Below are positions 62,671 through 64,000 of a DNA stretch of 64,000 bases, piece by piece. The stretch is from a phage. Under the pieces are notes generated by a model. The model saw only the letters and a program-made list of their open reading frames with translations, was not told where the DNA came from and did not search any database. The position numbers and the translations under genes were made by a program. The first letter of the stretch is position 1. Every line of letters starts with the position of its first letter. The stretch lies in sequence record PZ445487.1; one strand, written 5' to 3'.

Positions 62671-62966
62671 TAAAATATTCCTCTTAAAGAATCATTTATC
62701 CTGCGCAATTCGTTTTCCACTTTTATCTTCATATTTTTATCGTCGTTCACGAAAATCATTTTATCTAAATCTTCGCCATTAATCTTTGTATAAAAATAAA
62801 TGTCATGCTCAAAGAAAATCGTTTTTCCAACAGAACGCATGGCAAAGAACGTTGCGATAGTTCTTGGTAAAGGTTTGAATTTAATGGCATTGAAACGCAA
62901 AGCCTGATAGAGAGGTTTTAATGTTCCTAAGCGAATACAATGCTGGATAATTTCTTGCTCTTTCAT
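62670..62966 (-). CDS. hypothetical protein
   Basis: ORF track. Confidence 0.4.
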   Translation of the reverse strand: MKEQEIIQHCIRLGTLKPLYQALRFNAIKFKPLPRTIATFFAMRSVGKTIFFEHDIYFYTKINGEDLDKMIFVNDDKNMKIKVENELRRINDSLRGIF

Positions 62967-63013
62967 TTGTTGTGTGCCATAAAGATATGATGGTACAATG
63001 ATAATACATTATA

Positions 63014-63040
63014 CAAATAGAAAAGCCCCTTTCGGGGCTT
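63014..63040 (-). terminator. rho-independent terminator (minus strand)
   Basis: Hairpin AAGCCCC-GAAA-GGGGCTT followed on minus strand by TTTTCTAT, directly after stop of 63039-63329 gene. Confidence 0.55.
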
Positions 63041-63329
63041 ATTTGTCTTCAGATTCGTACAAACGCCAATTGCCGATGCTAAACCATTCCCCTACATTAT
63101 TTGAATATCTGGTTGTTCGGACTCCTCCGACTTCATACGCCCATTTGAAGAATTTCCATTTGGACGATAAAGAAGGACATTCGCTTCCAGATTTCAAAGA
63201 ACACGCTGTGAGCCAACGTGTAATACTGAGAGCCTGAAAAATCGGATGGATAAATGAAGAATACAATATCCAAAGCGTTATGACAACAAAAACAATGGTC
63301 GTGATCACCCCGACAATTTGAAAGAACAT
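63039..63329 (-). CDS. small membrane protein
   Basis: ORF track; hydrophobic N-terminus; minus-strand terminator immediately downstream. Confidence 0.35.
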   Translation of the reverse strand: MFFQIVGVITTIVFVVITLWILYSSFIHPIFQALSITRWLTACSLKSGSECPSLSSKWKFFKWAYEVGGVRTTRYSNNVGEWFSIGNWRLYESEDK

Positions 63330-63406
63330 TTAAGAACCTCCAAAATATTGAACACAGACTATGAAGAAAACTATGATTGTAAACAACCATGAAAACAAGG
63401 AAAGAT

Positions 63407-64000
63407 TCATCCTTCTACCTTCAGCCCCATCAGGTCTTCCATGGTTTTCTGAATGCGTAGCCAGTCAAGCGCCGCATCATAACGAGGATCATGATAGACC
63501 ATGCCTTCCAGTTCCCACGCCTTGATACCAGCATATCGATCCTGCTGCCCAACACCCTTCAGCCAGCTTACGATGTCAAATGTGTGGTGATAGTCCCAAG
63601 GTTCGTTGGAATCTTGCTTACACGTCACCTCAATGATGTGCTGAGCCTTGCGTAGGTCAAACAGATTCCTATCACACCAGTCAACCGATCGCGGGTCGAT
63701 CCCAAGGCGATGGCATCCCCTGCGAATTTCATCGGCCAATTTGAAAATAGAAATATCCTTGTCGGTCGGATATAGACTGATAGTTCGGGCGGCGTCGCAC
63801 GGGTTGCGTTTACCTGTACCCAGCCACCATTCCACAGTGCCCTGGTCTTTCACACGGCCAAGTTCAATCTGTTCTTTGACATTCAGTTTGATAAATGTCG
63901 TGCGCTCTACAACAAGCTGCTGAAGAGTATAACGCTTGGTCAGGTCGGCGATAGTCTGTGCCCAAGACAACATGACAGCATCATCCCAACGACCGAGAGT
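63407..64000 (-). CDS. dexA: exonuclease A (DexA-like), 5' end probably beyond window
   Basis: TVEWWLGTGKRNP region resembles T4 DexA TIEWWKNQSPEARKN; ORF open to window edge. Confidence 0.45.
   Translation of the reverse strand, partial: TLGRWDDAVMLSWAQTIADLTKRYTLQQLVVERTTFIKLNVKEQIELGRVKDQGTVEWWLGTGKRNPCDAARTISLYPTDKDISIFKLADEIRRGCHRLGIDPRSVDWCDRNLFDLRKAQHIIEVTCKQDSNEPWDYHHTFDIVSWLKGVGQQDRYAGIKAWELEGMVYHDPRYDAALDWLRIQKTMEDLMGLKVEG

Noticed and set aside
1-64000. Homing endonucleases, group I introns and inteins
   Set aside because: nrdA, nrdB, the ThyA-like gene, gp41 and the other core genes read as uninterrupted ORFs and no GIY-YIG, HNH or LAGLIDADG motif was recognised in the small ORFs; absence not proven without profile searches.

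Overview
The window reads as a segment of a T4-like (Tevenvirinae-related) myovirus genome of moderate GC. All assignments are from reading motifs in the supplied ORF translations and the DNA; no database search was run. The plus strand carries long early/middle operons for replication, recombination and nucleotide metabolism: gp55 late sigma factor, gp47/gp46 Mre11/Rad50-like nuclease, gp61 primase, gp41 helicase, gp59 loader, gp32 SSB, UvsX, DNA ligase, NrdA/NrdB plus a glutaredoxin, PhoH, RNase HI, a DinG/XPD-type helicase, an HU-like protein and an endolysin. The minus strand carries late structural operons (gp5 hub with gp25, a tape-measure/baseplate/tail-tube block) and a second early-type block (DexA-like exonuclease, QueC-like PP-loop ATPase, metallophosphoesterase, dCMP deaminase). 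Gene order differs from T4 (55-47-46; gp5 next to gp25; gp59 not beside gp32). The most interesting content is a translationally coupled operon (40870-43686) of a P-loop kinase, a thymidylate-synthase-like pyrimidine hydroxymethylase, a dNMP kinase and an NTP pyrophosphatase, which together with dCMP deaminase and an HU/TF1-like protein suggests hydroxymethyl-dU-based DNA hypermodification; the final modification cannot be inferred. Other leads are an orphan QueC-like ATPase, a gp5 hub carrying a CHAP/NlpC-P60-like domain instead of lysozyme, a 795-aa protein sharing a 22-residue motif with its neighbour, and a recurring early leader/promoter/hairpin architecture. T4-type late promoters (TATAAATA) are visible on the minus strand. 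No tRNA, CRISPR array, intron or homing endonuclease was recognised.
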